A stretch of DNA of 64,000 nt from the NCBI GenBank assembly GCA_008690995.1, contig VRMN01000001.1:1364001-1428000 (forward strand). Direction: 5' to 3'. The number at the start of each line of letters is the position of its first letter. Position 1 is the first letter of the stretch. This stretch comes from Porphyridium purpureum. Its lineage: Eukaryota. Of this stretch, positions 19,419-30,394 are shown piece after piece. The notes beneath the pieces were generated by a model. That model worked only from the letters and a program-made list of their open reading frames with translations. It did not search any database and was not told the origin of the DNA. The position numbers and the translations under genes were made by a program.

Positions 19419-21061
19419 TGCATGACTGTGTATACGGAACGCCCGATCTAGAACGCCTTGCGAAGTCTGCTCGGCGATCACAAACCGCTTTCCAGCGGAA
19501 AGTTTAGCCACGGTGTCCTCCTGGTGTAGATGTCAATCCAGTTCTGATATTTAGGTTCGGGATCTAGCTGGACGAGTAGCCCTAGCAGCCAGGTGTCGTG
19601 TTACAAGCGTACGGCCACACGCATAAAAAGCATAAGCGTTGCATATCATGGCGCACTGGCGACTGTGACGCTGATGCGCTGCGGCGAACCAGTGCTTGAA
19701 TTTGACATGACTTCCTCAAGCCGGGGCAAGTCGTCCAATCGCGCCTGCTGGCGAGGAGCTATGTGATGTGCTGCTGCATCCTGCGAGTTTCGGTGGACTC
19801 GCAGACGTCCGCATTCTACTAGAACGGGGCTCCGGTGTGGATTGGATGAATGACAGTTGACTCACCGCGCTCGTGCTCGGTACGAGTCATGGCCATGAGC
19901 TGAGCCTCCTTGATGTGCTGATTCGCCGCGCCGACGCCTACATGACGAGCTCGGACGAGCGTTCGGCGTTGATTCACGTGGCACAAGGAGATCACGTGCG
20001 CCGCGTGAAGTTGCTCTTATTTGTTTCACAGATTTAACCGCTAGGAGTCGGTCAGGGCACACAGCGTCGCAGAGCGCTCAGAATCGTGGCCGCGGCGCGT
20101 GCATCGTTAGCTTCTGGATATGGACACCAGTCTGGCCGAGTGTAATGGTTGTATCCATACGCCATTAACGTGAGCTTCGCCGAACTGTCTGCAAGAGTCT
20201 GTGCACTGGTTATTAATGCATTGGAACGTTGTAGATGTCACAACAAGTCATCACGATGCATGCGCCACTTTTCTCTAAGTCGTGGCGCTGCTTCGGTCTG
20301 GCGATTCTGCGAGGAATCTGAGCACTAGGAACGAAGGAAATGCGGTTCAAGTGCTTGTGGGCCCAGGTACAGCCGTCAACTGCGCGGATCCGTGCAGCGA
20401 CACGCCCATGATTCCGGTCTCCTTAAGAAACGGCTCCTGCGTAACGCAAGTGTGCCCGCTTTGAGCTGCTCGTGCTGAGCGGGACGTACATCAACACCGA
20501 TCAGGAAAGAAAAAAACTCAGGGAGAGCCAATGAAACTGGTGAAAGTGTGCATTGTGTCTTATGCTTACCAGAGCGTCGATGCGAGCAGAAGAGAATAGA
20601 GGTCGGTCCTTGTTGCTGGACGCTCTGACCGAGTACATATCAAACGGCTTCCGATTAAATGAAGGTTGGCCAGCAGCAAGTCAGTGTCGGTCTGTTTGGT
20701 GCCCGTGGCAGTCGTTCGTCGAACGAATCGGTGATCTCGTAATCTCATTCTTTTGTCCGTGCTTGCTCGCCGAGCACGAAATAGACGAGCGACGAATTGA
20801 AAGAAACAAAATTTGTGCTTTCCCGACTGCAGTAAACCAGGGAGTGCGGCTTTGTGTCTTCGCATGTTCTTTAATCGGGAAAGGCTCCGCTTCTTCTCTT
20901 CCTGTCTTTTCGTGTAAGTCGGAATCGGTGCGCTTGCCCACTTCCACCTTGCAATCCGTTTGAAGATCATCCCCTTCCTACATTTAGAGAGCACAAGACG
21001 TATGGAGCAAAAGCAGTTGGGATTGTACTACTCATAAGATTCAAAAGACTTTCATGCTCTA

Positions 21062-22678
21062 TCAGGTCCGGGCGTATCCCGCGGCTTTGGCCTTGAAAGC
21101 GTCGTATGCCTTCTTGCCGCCAAACATGGTCACACCGAGTGCGACAACACCGGCGAATATCAGAAGGTAAAAGTAAGACGACGCAGTGACCAGGAATCCG
21201 CTTTCCTTGACCTTTCGTGGATTTCGGCACAGTTTGGTGAATCCAAACTCAACATTCTTGCCGCCAATGATGGGAAGTGTCACAATAACGTTGGACCGAC
21301 CGGCGCGCTTGCAAATGAAGTTGACCGTGATGATCGACGAATCTCCGGACGCCAGGAAGCCTCCCGAGGGCCGAACAAGCGAGTTTGGATTCGGCGCCAC
21401 CACCGCACCCAGCACGAGCGGGTTACTCTTGGTGACAACGATTCTTCCGATGGCAATGTCAACGCCATCACCTTCAGTTGGATAATTGTTAGCCAAGAAA
21501 AACATGATCGATGTCTTGTCCACAGGCACTGTATAATGTGCGTCGTCGACTTCGTCCAAGTTGCTGTAAGCAACGTCAAACGCCGCACCAGCCTTCCCGC
21601 TATCGTACACATTCGCGCTATCCGAGGTGGTGCCGATGCTCATCGTGATCTGGTCGGCGATGTTGCAGTCCTTCTCCCACTTCATGACCACGTCGTCGTA
21701 TGGAGGCAGCGACACTGTCAGGGAGACCATCGTCTTCTTGCGAGTCAAGCAATCGTACTGGACGTCAATAAACGTGGGCGCGGACGTGAGCACGCCACCC
21801 GTCGAACCCTGGCGCAGTTCGATGCTGACAACGGATGGATCGTCTACCTTTACGGTTGGCTTTTTGTACGCCAGTTCTGCCGTCTCGCTTTCCACATACA
21901 TATATATTGTCGTGGTAGGCGTTGTACCTGGCACTGAGATCGGCTTATTTGTGTCAAAGGCGACCAAGTCTCCCTGTTTGTTGAGATAACCCAACTTGAT
22001 ATCCACATTCGCACCGCCACCACAAGTCTTGAGCACATAGAACGTGACGGTATAGTCGTCCAGGATCTGGAAGGACACCTCGAATGGAAACACTTTACCG
22101 CTGTGTTCTTTCTTGCAATTGAAGGTGCCAGAGAAAATTCCCTCCATCTCCATGTCGTCCAAGACGTACTCATCAATCGTAGGCGCCGGGCCGCCATTCG
22201 CGATGCTCGTGAGAACCGGCTCCTTAAACTTGTAGTTGTCGAGCTCCGCCTCGGTGAAGAATTCGCCATAAATGGTCTCGACGTTCGCATTGAACATGTA
22301 GCACGACTCTGCATCCAGTGCCACGGCCTTCTCCTTGGTGCATGACGCGAACATGCCCTCCATTTCGCCGTCGCTATACACCACATTGTTGATCCAGGAT
22401 TCGGCGTCATTCGTGAAGGAGACAAGATGCAAGAAGAACGCTTCCTTGAGCTCCTCCTTTGACCAGCTGATCTGATCCAGACCATCATCCCATTCTTCAT
22501 CGTCGTCGCCCCCGTCGCCCTCCTGGCGCACCACCGCGCGCTCCATGTGCACACGCTGCGCGCCGCCGCGCGCACTGCGCTGCACAAGCGCGCTCGCCGG
22601 CGCGGCCTGCACGCCGCCCATCATCATCAGCACGGCCAGCACGCCGAGCACGCCGAGCCCCGCGACCCGCGTGGCCAT
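21062..22678 (-). CDS. Type I membrane protein with three Cys-bounded beta-rich repeats
   Basis: Signal peptide, lumenal repeats ending LKTC / EKDC / TKLC, C-terminal TM helix, short tail ending AGYART. Confidence 0.8.
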   Translation of the reverse strand: MATRVAGLGVLGVLAVLMMMGGVQAAPASALVQRSARGGAQRVHMERAVVRQEGDGGDDDEEWDDGLDQISWSKEELKEAFFLHLVSFTNDAESWINNVVYSDGEMEGMFASCTKEKAVALDAESCYMFNANVETIYGEFFTEAELDNYKFKEPVLTSIANGGPAPTIDEYVLDDMEMEGIFSGTFNCKKEHSGKVFPFEVSFQILDDYTVTFYVLKTCGGGANVDIKLGYLNKQGDLVAFDTNKPISVPGTTPTTTIYMYVESETAELAYKKPTVKVDDPSVVSIELRQGSTGGVLTSAPTFIDVQYDCLTRKKTMVSLTVSLPPYDDVVMKWEKDCNIADQITMSIGTTSDSANVYDSGKAGAAFDVAYSNLDEVDDAHYTVPVDKTSIMFFLANNYPTEGDGVDIAIGRIVVTKSNPLVLGAVVAPNPNSLVRPSGGFLASGDSSIITVNFICKRAGRSNVIVTLPIIGGKNVEFGFTKLCRNPRKVKESGFLVTASSYFYLLIFAGVVALGVTMFGGKKAYDAFKAKAAGYART

Positions 22679-23010
22679 CGCCGCACGTCGTTCCCGCCCC
22701 ATCCTGCGCACAGACACCATCACCCCCACCGCTCGCCGATCTGCGGGCCAAAACACCCGCACAGCCGCCGTGCTCCTGCACCTGTCGTCTCCAAGCTGCG
22801 TGAACCCGCTCTTCCCCTCGTTCGCCCCCCTCTGCCCTGCCCCACAATGCTCTCTCCCAACCCCTCCAATCCCGTGTATGTGTCTCTTGCTTCTCCCTCA
22901 TTCCTACACACTCGCCCTCACGCCCGCTTGTCTCATCATTACCACCACTTCCTTACCACCACTAACCAACAATCCACACACATCAACTACTAGTCATCCA
23001 CCGTTCGATC

Positions 23011-23035
23011 CACACACACACACACACACACACAC
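23011..23035 (+). repeat. (CA)n microsatellite
   Basis: Run of about 12 CA units. Confidence 0.9.
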
Positions 23036-23411
23036 GCACGCGCCTTGTCATATGAGAAGCGCATCAGTTTATTGTAAAGTTGGCAAACACCGATCGCGTC
23101 GTGCTTCATCAGTCCACCAACCCACACACTCAAAGGAAAAAGACACGCTCATCCCAAAAACAACGCTCCGCACACTCACGGCGGTACAGTGTACATGTTA
23201 TAAAGGCAGTCGGGTGTACAGCGAGTGTTGAAGCGAGGGGTGTACCGTGATTCGTGTACAGTGCGCGTGGGCGCGCGCGGGTTGGTGGGTGAGTAGACAG
23301 ACGGCCGTGCGGGATGGTGGCGGGCGTGGGGCGAAGCGAAAGTGTGTGTGTGGGGAGGAGTTTGTGACGGAGTGCGTGGGGCGGCTGGACAGCTGGACGG
23401 CTGGAGTGGTG

Positions 23412-25121
23412 ATGAAGACAAGGAAGAGGAAGGCGGCGGAGCATGAGGATGTGTTGGAAGACGTGGTGAGTTCCGGAGGAAGCGCGCGCAGGGCGTCTCG
23501 TCGCTCGGCAGCGCACCTGGAACGCCCGGCGGCTGAACGTGCGCGGTCCGACTCGGATCATGAGCATCTGCGTGGAAGAGCGCCCCGGCGAGGCGCAACG
23601 GACGAGGCGCAGAGTCGCGGCAGAGCGTTGCATGCGGGAGAGAATGGTGGCGGCGGAGATCTGGACAGCGGGTCTGGCGGGACAGTCAGTGACGACAGCG
23701 CAAGTACAGGCGGGACAGACGATGACGGCCGGCGAGCGCGGAAGCCTGCATTCGAGCGCAATGCGGAAGACGCGCAGGCACACCGGCTGAAACTGGCAAA
23801 GAAGTACTTGGACGACCTCGGCCTGCTCGGCGAGGACGGAAAGCCCAAATCCAAACTCAAGCGGACACGAGACGCGGTCCCGGGCTTTTCTGCAACCGCT
23901 GCCACGTTCAATGGCTTGGGCGACGTTCAAGATTCTGAAGCGTCTGATGATGACGCAGAGGAGGAGGATATACAGTACAGAAAAGACGCAGAGGCGCTGA
24001 AACGGCGGACGCTCCAAGAAAGCGGGCGGCAGCTTGTACCAGTGGCAGCACGACTACATGCCGACGAAACAAAGCATGCTGTGTCAATCAAGAGAGGGCA
24101 CCGGCTGCCCGCAACATGCGTAGCGATCTCAGAGGACGAAAGTCGCGCCGTGACAGGCTCGAAGGATAAGTCTCTGGTTCTCTGGGACACTGAGACACAG
24201 AGCGTGTTGCAGGTCATGCATGGTGCTTACGCCTCTAGTCGCGCGAAGAAGACGAACCAATCGGGAAACACCAAGGATGTATTGGCCGTGGCCATGACAG
24301 AGGATGGCCGCACCATTGCCAGCGGCGGACGCGATAGAGTGGTCCGCATTTGGGATGCCCGAGCAGGAGGCTCCAGCTGTGGTGGTCAAGTGGAGCAGCT
24401 CAAGGGCCATCGCGGAGCGGTCACGGCACTGTCCTTTCGAAGCGGCACGGCAGAGCTTTACTCGGCATCTGAGGACCGCACGGTGAAGGTATGGAATGCG
24501 CGCGAGACGTCGTACCTTGAGACGCTGTTTGGGCACACGGCCGAAGTGTACTGCGTCGATAACCTGCTTCGGCATCGCGCCGTGTCCGGGGGTCGCGATG
24601 GCACACTACGGCAGTGGAAAATCCCCGAGGACACGCAACTTGTGTTTCGCTCACCCGCAGTCTCAACAGATGCATTGTCGATGGTGGACGAAGCTAACTT
24701 TATATCAGGAGGAGACGATGGCGCGTTGTACGCGTGGAACGTAGCGAAGAAGAAGCCGGTCTCTGTGATCGCCAACGCGCATGGCTCACCGAACCACTGG
24801 ATCAGTGCGGTGGCCGCTGCACGGTTCAGTGATATCTGTGCGTCGGGCTCATCTGATGGTCGTTTGAGGATCTGGGCCCTGGAATCACAGGGGCGCCGTC
24901 ACGGTATGGCGAATTCGAGCGAATTGGGCTTTTATCCGCGCACGCTAGTATCAAGGCTGTCGCTGCCCGTGCCCGGCTTTGTGAACGGACTTGTTTTTGG
25001 CAAGTCCAGGCGCCGTGTGTTTGCCGCCGTCGGCCAGGAGCATCGACTCGGCCGTTGGACAAAGGTATCCAAGTGCGTGAATGGCCTGGCAATAGTCAAC
25101 CTTCGCATCAGCGACGAATAA
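23412..25121 (+). CDS. RRP9: U3 snoRNP WD40 protein RRP9 / U3-55K
   Basis: RLKLAKKYL, WD40 repeats, YLETLFGH, WKIPEDTQLVFR, AVGQEHRLGRW. Confidence 0.95.
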   Translation: MKTRKRKAAEHEDVLEDVVSSGGSARRASRRSAAHLERPAAERARSDSDHEHLRGRAPRRGATDEAQSRGRALHAGENGGGGDLDSGSGGTVSDDSASTGGTDDDGRRARKPAFERNAEDAQAHRLKLAKKYLDDLGLLGEDGKPKSKLKRTRDAVPGFSATAATFNGLGDVQDSEASDDDAEEEDIQYRKDAEALKRRTLQESGRQLVPVAARLHADETKHAVSIKRGHRLPATCVAISEDESRAVTGSKDKSLVLWDTETQSVLQVMHGAYASSRAKKTNQSGNTKDVLAVAMTEDGRTIASGGRDRVVRIWDARAGGSSCGGQVEQLKGHRGAVTALSFRSGTAELYSASEDRTVKVWNARETSYLETLFGHTAEVYCVDNLLRHRAVSGGRDGTLRQWKIPEDTQLVFRSPAVSTDALSMVDEANFISGGDDGALYAWNVAKKKPVSVIANAHGSPNHWISAVAAARFSDICASGSSDGRLRIWALESQGRRHGMANSSELGFYPRTLVSRLSLPVPGFVNGLVFGKSRRRVFAAVGQEHRLGRWTKVSKCVNGLAIVNLRISDE

Positions 25122-25309
25122 ACAAAGATGTAAGCCGCTAGAGTTCAGCTCAAATGGTTCATTGTTCTGAACCGTTTTGTTTTGCTGGCCCAACCGGCTC
25201 GGTCGGTGGAATGCGGCACGCGGCGACGGGCATAGGGAGTGGACGGGCTTCGAAGGAACGGTGACAAGATACGCGCTCTCTCCTCGTTCTCTTTGCTCTT
25301 GCGGACGAG

Positions 25310-26482
25310 ATGCCGCTACATTCAATAGCGCTCGGTGCGCGATCTGCGGGTGTTGTGCGTGCATGGCGGCTTGTGGGTCGTTCCGGGCAAGTATCGCCAG
25401 GAAACAGCACCAGGTCGGGTCCAGCCGGAGCGACGATGGCACTGAGAACACAATCGTCACGGTCGACGGAGTTTGAAAGTCCCTCTGGTGGAGGATTGCG
25501 CCGGCGGCCGCCTCCAAACCTCTGTGTCGTGATCGTACCCCAGCAGTCTGCGTACATAGTTGAAAGGCTTGGCAAATTCAACCGGACGCTCGGGCCCGGC
25601 TTGCACTTTTTATTACCCCCACCCGTTGACGTGATGACATACGCGTTCAGTCTCAAGGAGGAGGCGATTAGTATTCCGAACCAGATTGCAATCACTCGCG
25701 ACAATGTCACGATCCATATCGACGGGGTGTTATACGTCAAGGTGGAGGATCCCAAGGCGGCCGCGTATGGCGTGGAAAATCCATACCGCGCACTGACACT
25801 GCTCGCTCAGACTACCATGAGATCAGAATTGGGCAAGTTGTCGCTGGATAAGACGTTCGAAGAACGCGAAACCCTAAATGCGGCCATTGTGAGGTCGATC
25901 AATGACGCGGCAGCGTCGTGGGGGATTCGCTGCTTACGGTACGAGATCCGGGACATCAATCCTCCGGCAAACGTTCGCAAAGCCATGGAACTGCAGGCCG
26001 AAGCCGAGCGTAGGAAACGCGCAACGGTGCTGGACTCGGAAGGCGAGAAGCAGTCGGAAATCAACATCGCAGAAGGTCAGAGGACCGCGGTGATTCTTAG
26101 CTCGGAAGCCGAGAAGCAGGAGTGTATTAATCGTGCGGAAGGTGAGGCCGCTGCAATTCGCGCAAAAGCGAACGCTACCGCCGAAGCGCTCTCCATCGTG
26201 GCCAAAACAATCGCACAGGACCATGCGCAACAGGCGATGCAACTACGAATCGCCGAGCAGTACGTGAGCGCGTTTGCGAATCTCGCGAAGGAGTCGAATA
26301 CTTTGATCATGCCGGCGGATGCTGGAAACGCGGGCAGAATGGTGGCAGAGGCCATGTCGGTCTTGAAGACCATTAACGCGTCGCCGAGCCTTCCTGCACC
26401 ACCGACCGGCAGCTACCCCGGCATGTCTCTCAGCGATGAGCCTTCGAGGTCTTCGAAGTCTAGCAAACCGACCGAACAGTAG
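25310..26482 (+). CDS. STOML2: Stomatin-like protein 2 (SPFH/Band 7), mitochondrial
   Basis: VPQQSAYIVERLGKF, AITRDNVTIHIDGVLY, AQTTMRSELGKLSLDKTFEER, RYEIRDI, QAEAERRKRA, IAEQYVSAF. Confidence 0.93.
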   Translation: MPLHSIALGARSAGVVRAWRLVGRSGQVSPGNSTRSGPAGATMALRTQSSRSTEFESPSGGGLRRRPPPNLCVVIVPQQSAYIVERLGKFNRTLGPGLHFLLPPPVDVMTYAFSLKEEAISIPNQIAITRDNVTIHIDGVLYVKVEDPKAAAYGVENPYRALTLLAQTTMRSELGKLSLDKTFEERETLNAAIVRSINDAAASWGIRCLRYEIRDINPPANVRKAMELQAEAERRKRATVLDSEGEKQSEINIAEGQRTAVILSSEAEKQECINRAEGEAAAIRAKANATAEALSIVAKTIAQDHAQQAMQLRIAEQYVSAFANLAKESNTLIMPADAGNAGRMVAEAMSVLKTINASPSLPAPPTGSYPGMSLSDEPSRSSKSSKPTEQ

Positions 26483-27202
26483 TACGACGAGCACCCCGTA
26501 CACAGCGACGACACGTATCCAGCTCGTGCGCACTGCCACTTCTTTATTGTTCCCGACACTAAGATATCGTACATGCAAGGAACGCTCGCGCGCCACCAGT
26601 GCAACCTCTCCTTCATCCTGCAGGCCTGCTGTACACGCCGCGACAAGCCGCACCGCAGGTGGCTTCTCGTCGGCCATGCACCTGTCCAGCTGTCCATTGG
26701 GCCAGCAAGCCGCCGCCTGTCTGTCCAGCCCTTTGGCCAGCCATTCAGCGCGGCTGGCTCCACGCACACCCAGTCACGCACGCACTGCACCGTGCACGCT
26801 TCATATGGTACAGTACGAGGTCACCTTCTCTATTTGTGCTTGCAAGTCGCCTGCCAGGTGAGATTTTGATGACCACCATCATAAAACACGGCTGTTTTCG
26901 CATGGCCTTGTTGGCGTGAAGTGCGCAACAGGGAGCGCCGGAGCTCTCGGCCAAACGCAAACAGAGAGAGTCTTGGCGTGGCGCAGGGTATATATCAAGG
27001 TGCGAGCGCGAGCACAGCGGCGGGCACGCGGCGTCGAAGCTGCTGGAGCGCGCACTTTGCCGCGTTGTTGCCTGCTCGCCGTACCTTGCGCCAGGATTCC
27101 GCTGCCGCCGCTGCGCATGTGTGTGCGTGTGTGCTGCGCCTCTGCTTCGCTGGTGTCACGTGAGCGCCGTGTCGTAGGCACGACCGGTCTAGACGGTGAG
27201 AA

Positions 27203-28939
27203 ATGGGCGTGGAAGACTGCCCCGTTGTCGCATCGCACGTGGTGCTGGACGAGCGGCCAGAAATCGTGACCGCGCAGAGCGCCGCCGCGCAGCAATGGGG
27301 CTCACGGGCCGGCACGTCGGTCGGACAGGGTGCGGACGCCCAGCTCTGTGTGGAGGCGTTCGAGGAGCACCATGGAGCCATTCAAGCTGAGCTCCAGACC
27401 AAGGGGGTCCAGCGCATGTCGTGTGAAGCAAGTCAGGACGCGGGCTGTGTTCTCGACACTGCCGGACCAGCGCTGGAACATCCCACGCGCAGCATTTCTC
27501 CGTCCGCGTCGGGCACGTCATTGCACACGGACGTTCTCAGTCCTGTCGAAGCATCGTCTGAAAGCAGGGTATTGGCGGCCAGCAGGATGGGCTTCCGTCA
27601 CGGTCAAAAGGTGTTCGAAGACCGACTTGAATCAACGCTGTTTGACGGTATGGCGCAGCACGACGCTTCCTTCTGGGCAGACTGTAAGACTTTGCGTGCT
27701 TTGAGTTCATCGACTTCTGGGGTATCTTCTCTCACTCTGTCGCCTTCCTTGGACTCCACCATCAGTGGGTGGCGCGGTCGCGCGCTTTTGTCTGACCCTG
27801 GTTGTGATGCGAAAGAGGGCGCGTGCCACGATACCAAAGAGGTTGATGAGGAGCGCGGCGACTCGACCGGTCATTTGCTTGTTCAGATTGCTGGGATTAG
27901 TGCACAGGATCTTGCTCAAGTTTTTGCTCGGAAGGACCCGATGATTTTGATTGACGTGCGGACACGACTCTTGTACCACATGGAGCATATTGTGGGTGCG
28001 CAGAACATCAACATGCTCCAAGAGCAGGTCGACGCATCTCAAGTCAGTGCCAAGGGATCAGAGGCAGATAACGAAACTCTTGTTCGCGCTCTGATCCACT
28101 TCCTTAAGGATACGAGCGCGCATCGGCTTAATTCGCAGTCTTCGTACGAAGTTGTACTCTACGACCACGGTGGACCGGATCTTTCGGCAAGCTTTAGCCG
28201 CGCTGCTCAGCTGGTATGGTTGCTTAGCGAGCGATTCGAGGACGGAATGAGTGTATCTCGCATCTCCATGTTAGAAGGCGGCTTTGCTCGATTTGTACAA
28301 GGCTTCCCGGATCTCTGCAGAAAGGATGCAACGTCTTCGTGCGCTACCAGCAACCACGGTGAGTCTTTAGAGAAGTTGCTGAGAAGTAACCTTGGCAAAC
28401 GGCTGTATGCAAAGCTGGAAGGGCAAAACTTTTTCAATGTCATGGGCGGTACCGTGTCAAAAGCATCCCAGATTCTACCGTATCTCTACTTGGGTTGCCA
28501 GAGAGACGCATCGGACTACGAGCAGCTGAAGGCCCTTGGCATTACACACGTTCTCGTGGTCGGGTCCGAACTGGATACTTATTTTGGAAAGGACAAGTTT
28601 GTCTACAAGCACCTGTTGGCGCGCGACGCTTTGGATGAACCTATTGAGAACTTATTCAGCGAAGCGTGCGAGTTTTTGGAAGGGATTCGAAAGGATGAGC
28701 AAAGCAAGGTTTTGGTCCATTGCTATGCCGGTGTGAGCCGCTCGGCGACCATTGCGATTGCTTATCTCATATCTTTGAACTATACTTTACATGCGGCGCT
28801 TGAATTAGCGCGCGAGAGGAGATCGATTATTTGTCCGAACGCGCGCTTCATGCGTGCGCTGTGTGATTGGGAAGTCAAGGTGCTTGGGCTCTCAACGAAA
28901 GAGGAGCTCGCGTGCGACGTGCTTTCTTGGATGGAGTAA
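27203..28939 (+). CDS. Dual-specificity phosphatase with rhodanese-like domain (MAPK phosphatase-like)
   Basis: LIDVR..Y..EHIVGAQN and LEGGFARF (rhodanese/CH2); ILPYLYLG, VHCYAGVSRSAT, ICPN..FM (DSP). Confidence 0.92.
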   Translation: MGVEDCPVVASHVVLDERPEIVTAQSAAAQQWGSRAGTSVGQGADAQLCVEAFEEHHGAIQAELQTKGVQRMSCEASQDAGCVLDTAGPALEHPTRSISPSASGTSLHTDVLSPVEASSESRVLAASRMGFRHGQKVFEDRLESTLFDGMAQHDASFWADCKTLRALSSSTSGVSSLTLSPSLDSTISGWRGRALLSDPGCDAKEGACHDTKEVDEERGDSTGHLLVQIAGISAQDLAQVFARKDPMILIDVRTRLLYHMEHIVGAQNINMLQEQVDASQVSAKGSEADNETLVRALIHFLKDTSAHRLNSQSSYEVVLYDHGGPDLSASFSRAAQLVWLLSERFEDGMSVSRISMLEGGFARFVQGFPDLCRKDATSSCATSNHGESLEKLLRSNLGKRLYAKLEGQNFFNVMGGTVSKASQILPYLYLGCQRDASDYEQLKALGITHVLVVGSELDTYFGKDKFVYKHLLARDALDEPIENLFSEACEFLEGIRKDEQSKVLVHCYAGVSRSATIAIAYLISLNYTLHAALELARERRSIICPNARFMRALCDWEVKVLGLSTKEELACDVLSWME

Positions 28940-29113
28940 GTGGCGTCTGGTGCCGTTGCTAAATCATGAGCTTGAGTTCCGAGAGTGGCTCCATAAAGGC
29001 TTGCGGTGCATGGTGAAAATGGATGTCTCGGAGCGTGTACAATTTCTTTTCGGATGTGAATGCTAGCATGTTCGCATACAAACGCAAGCAATGTAAATAT
29101 GGAATTCTATGTT

Positions 29114-30226
29114 TTAGATGACTTTGGCTTCATTGCGGAGCTTGTCTAACAGCTGGTCGACCGACTCGACCATGATGCCGGACTTCCGTTGAGGTGGCGA
29201 CGCCACATGCACGACGCGGTTGCGAGGAGAGATATCTACGCCAAGGCTTTCCACGCTAATGCTTTCAATAGGCTTCTTCTTGGCCTTCATGATATTGGGG
29301 AGCGTAGCGTATCTCGGACTGTTGAGCCGTAAATCGACACTGATAACACATGGCAACGAGATCTTGACCGTTTCCAAACCACCATCCACTTCTTGCGCCA
29401 CCAGCGCGTGAGTATTGCCTTCCATCTTCACGGTCGATGCAAACGTTGCCTGCATTCGCAAAGCAGAAAAGGAAAGCGGAGAGTCGCGCACAAGAGGAAG
29501 CATGGAAAGACAAAATGAAAGGAGATCACAAATACCATGGTCTGTTAGAATCCATTCACGAAGGAATTATCAACGTTCGATCCTTTTGGGTGGCTGATCG
29601 CGCTCAGGTGGCACGTTGCGTGTCTCAGGTTGTGAACTCCAGGAATTAGGTTCCTCAGCGCTTAAGTGGGCGGGTTAGGCCCGCGAGTAGGAAGACCATC
29701 GTGAAAGGAGGAAATCATCATTGACAGGGCTAATCGTGCCAGCTTTCGCACGATCACAAACAGAAAGAAAACTGGAACGCACCTGTGACCAACCTAACAA
29801 CGCAGACAACATCTGCGCAGTCTGGTTCGAATCATCATCGATCGCTTGCTTGCCCAAGAGAACCAGTTCAAGACCTGGCTTCTCCTTCTCCACAAGCTTA
29901 CGCAGTATCTTGGCCACTGCAAGCGGCTCTGGGCTCGCGCTGGCGTCTCCGTCTGGCGTGACAACATGAATTGCACGGTCCGCGCCCAACGCTAACGCGC
30001 TGCGCAGTGTTTCTGCCGCGCTCTTGTTCCCAATGCTCGCCGCCACCACCTCATCGACTAACTTTTTTTCCTTCATCTGGATAGCCTCCTCGAGCGCGAT
30101 CTCGCAGAATGGATTCATTGACCACTTCACATTCTTCAGATCGACCCCGGAGCCGTCCGCCTGCACGCGGATTTTGGTTAGATAGTCTACCACCCGCTTG
30201 ACTCCCACCAAGACTTTGCGCACCAT
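29114..30226 (-). CDS. ETFB: Electron transfer flavoprotein beta subunit; exons 30226-29783 and 29449-29114, 333-nt intron
   Basis: [54 protein letters not shown] at 29782 and CAG ending 29450 join WSQ|ATFAS in frame. Confidence 0.95.
29621..29726 (-). ncRNA. Candidate intronic box C/D snoRNA
   Basis: Box C ATGATGA (29721-29715), box D CTGA (29628-29625), terminal stem TGTC/GACA; same strand as the host gene. Confidence 0.5.
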
Positions 30227-30394
30227 CACGGATCTCCGTCGTCAACCCCTCTATCGCACGATCCTCCTCTTCGCCCCTCTCCGATGACACGACCGCATCC
30301 TCCCTTTCGCCCGACGATCGACGAAGCCTGGCGATCGGAAGTAGCGCTGGAGAGATAGTCACGACACAAGTTCTTGGGCGGCTCGCCTGCTCGG

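Noticed and set aside
19512..21061. Short ORFs and a hairpin (19781-19804) in a 1.5-kb intergenic gap
   Set aside because: No recognisable protein or RNA family; a single hairpin is insufficient.
29670..29684. CCTAACCC as a telomerase RNA template
   Set aside because: Too short, part of a hairpin, and no other telomerase RNA features seen.
29621..29726. Identification as U14 snoRNA or a TPP riboswitch
   Set aside because: Only loose resemblance; the U14 18S-complementary domains and the TPP core are not properly present.
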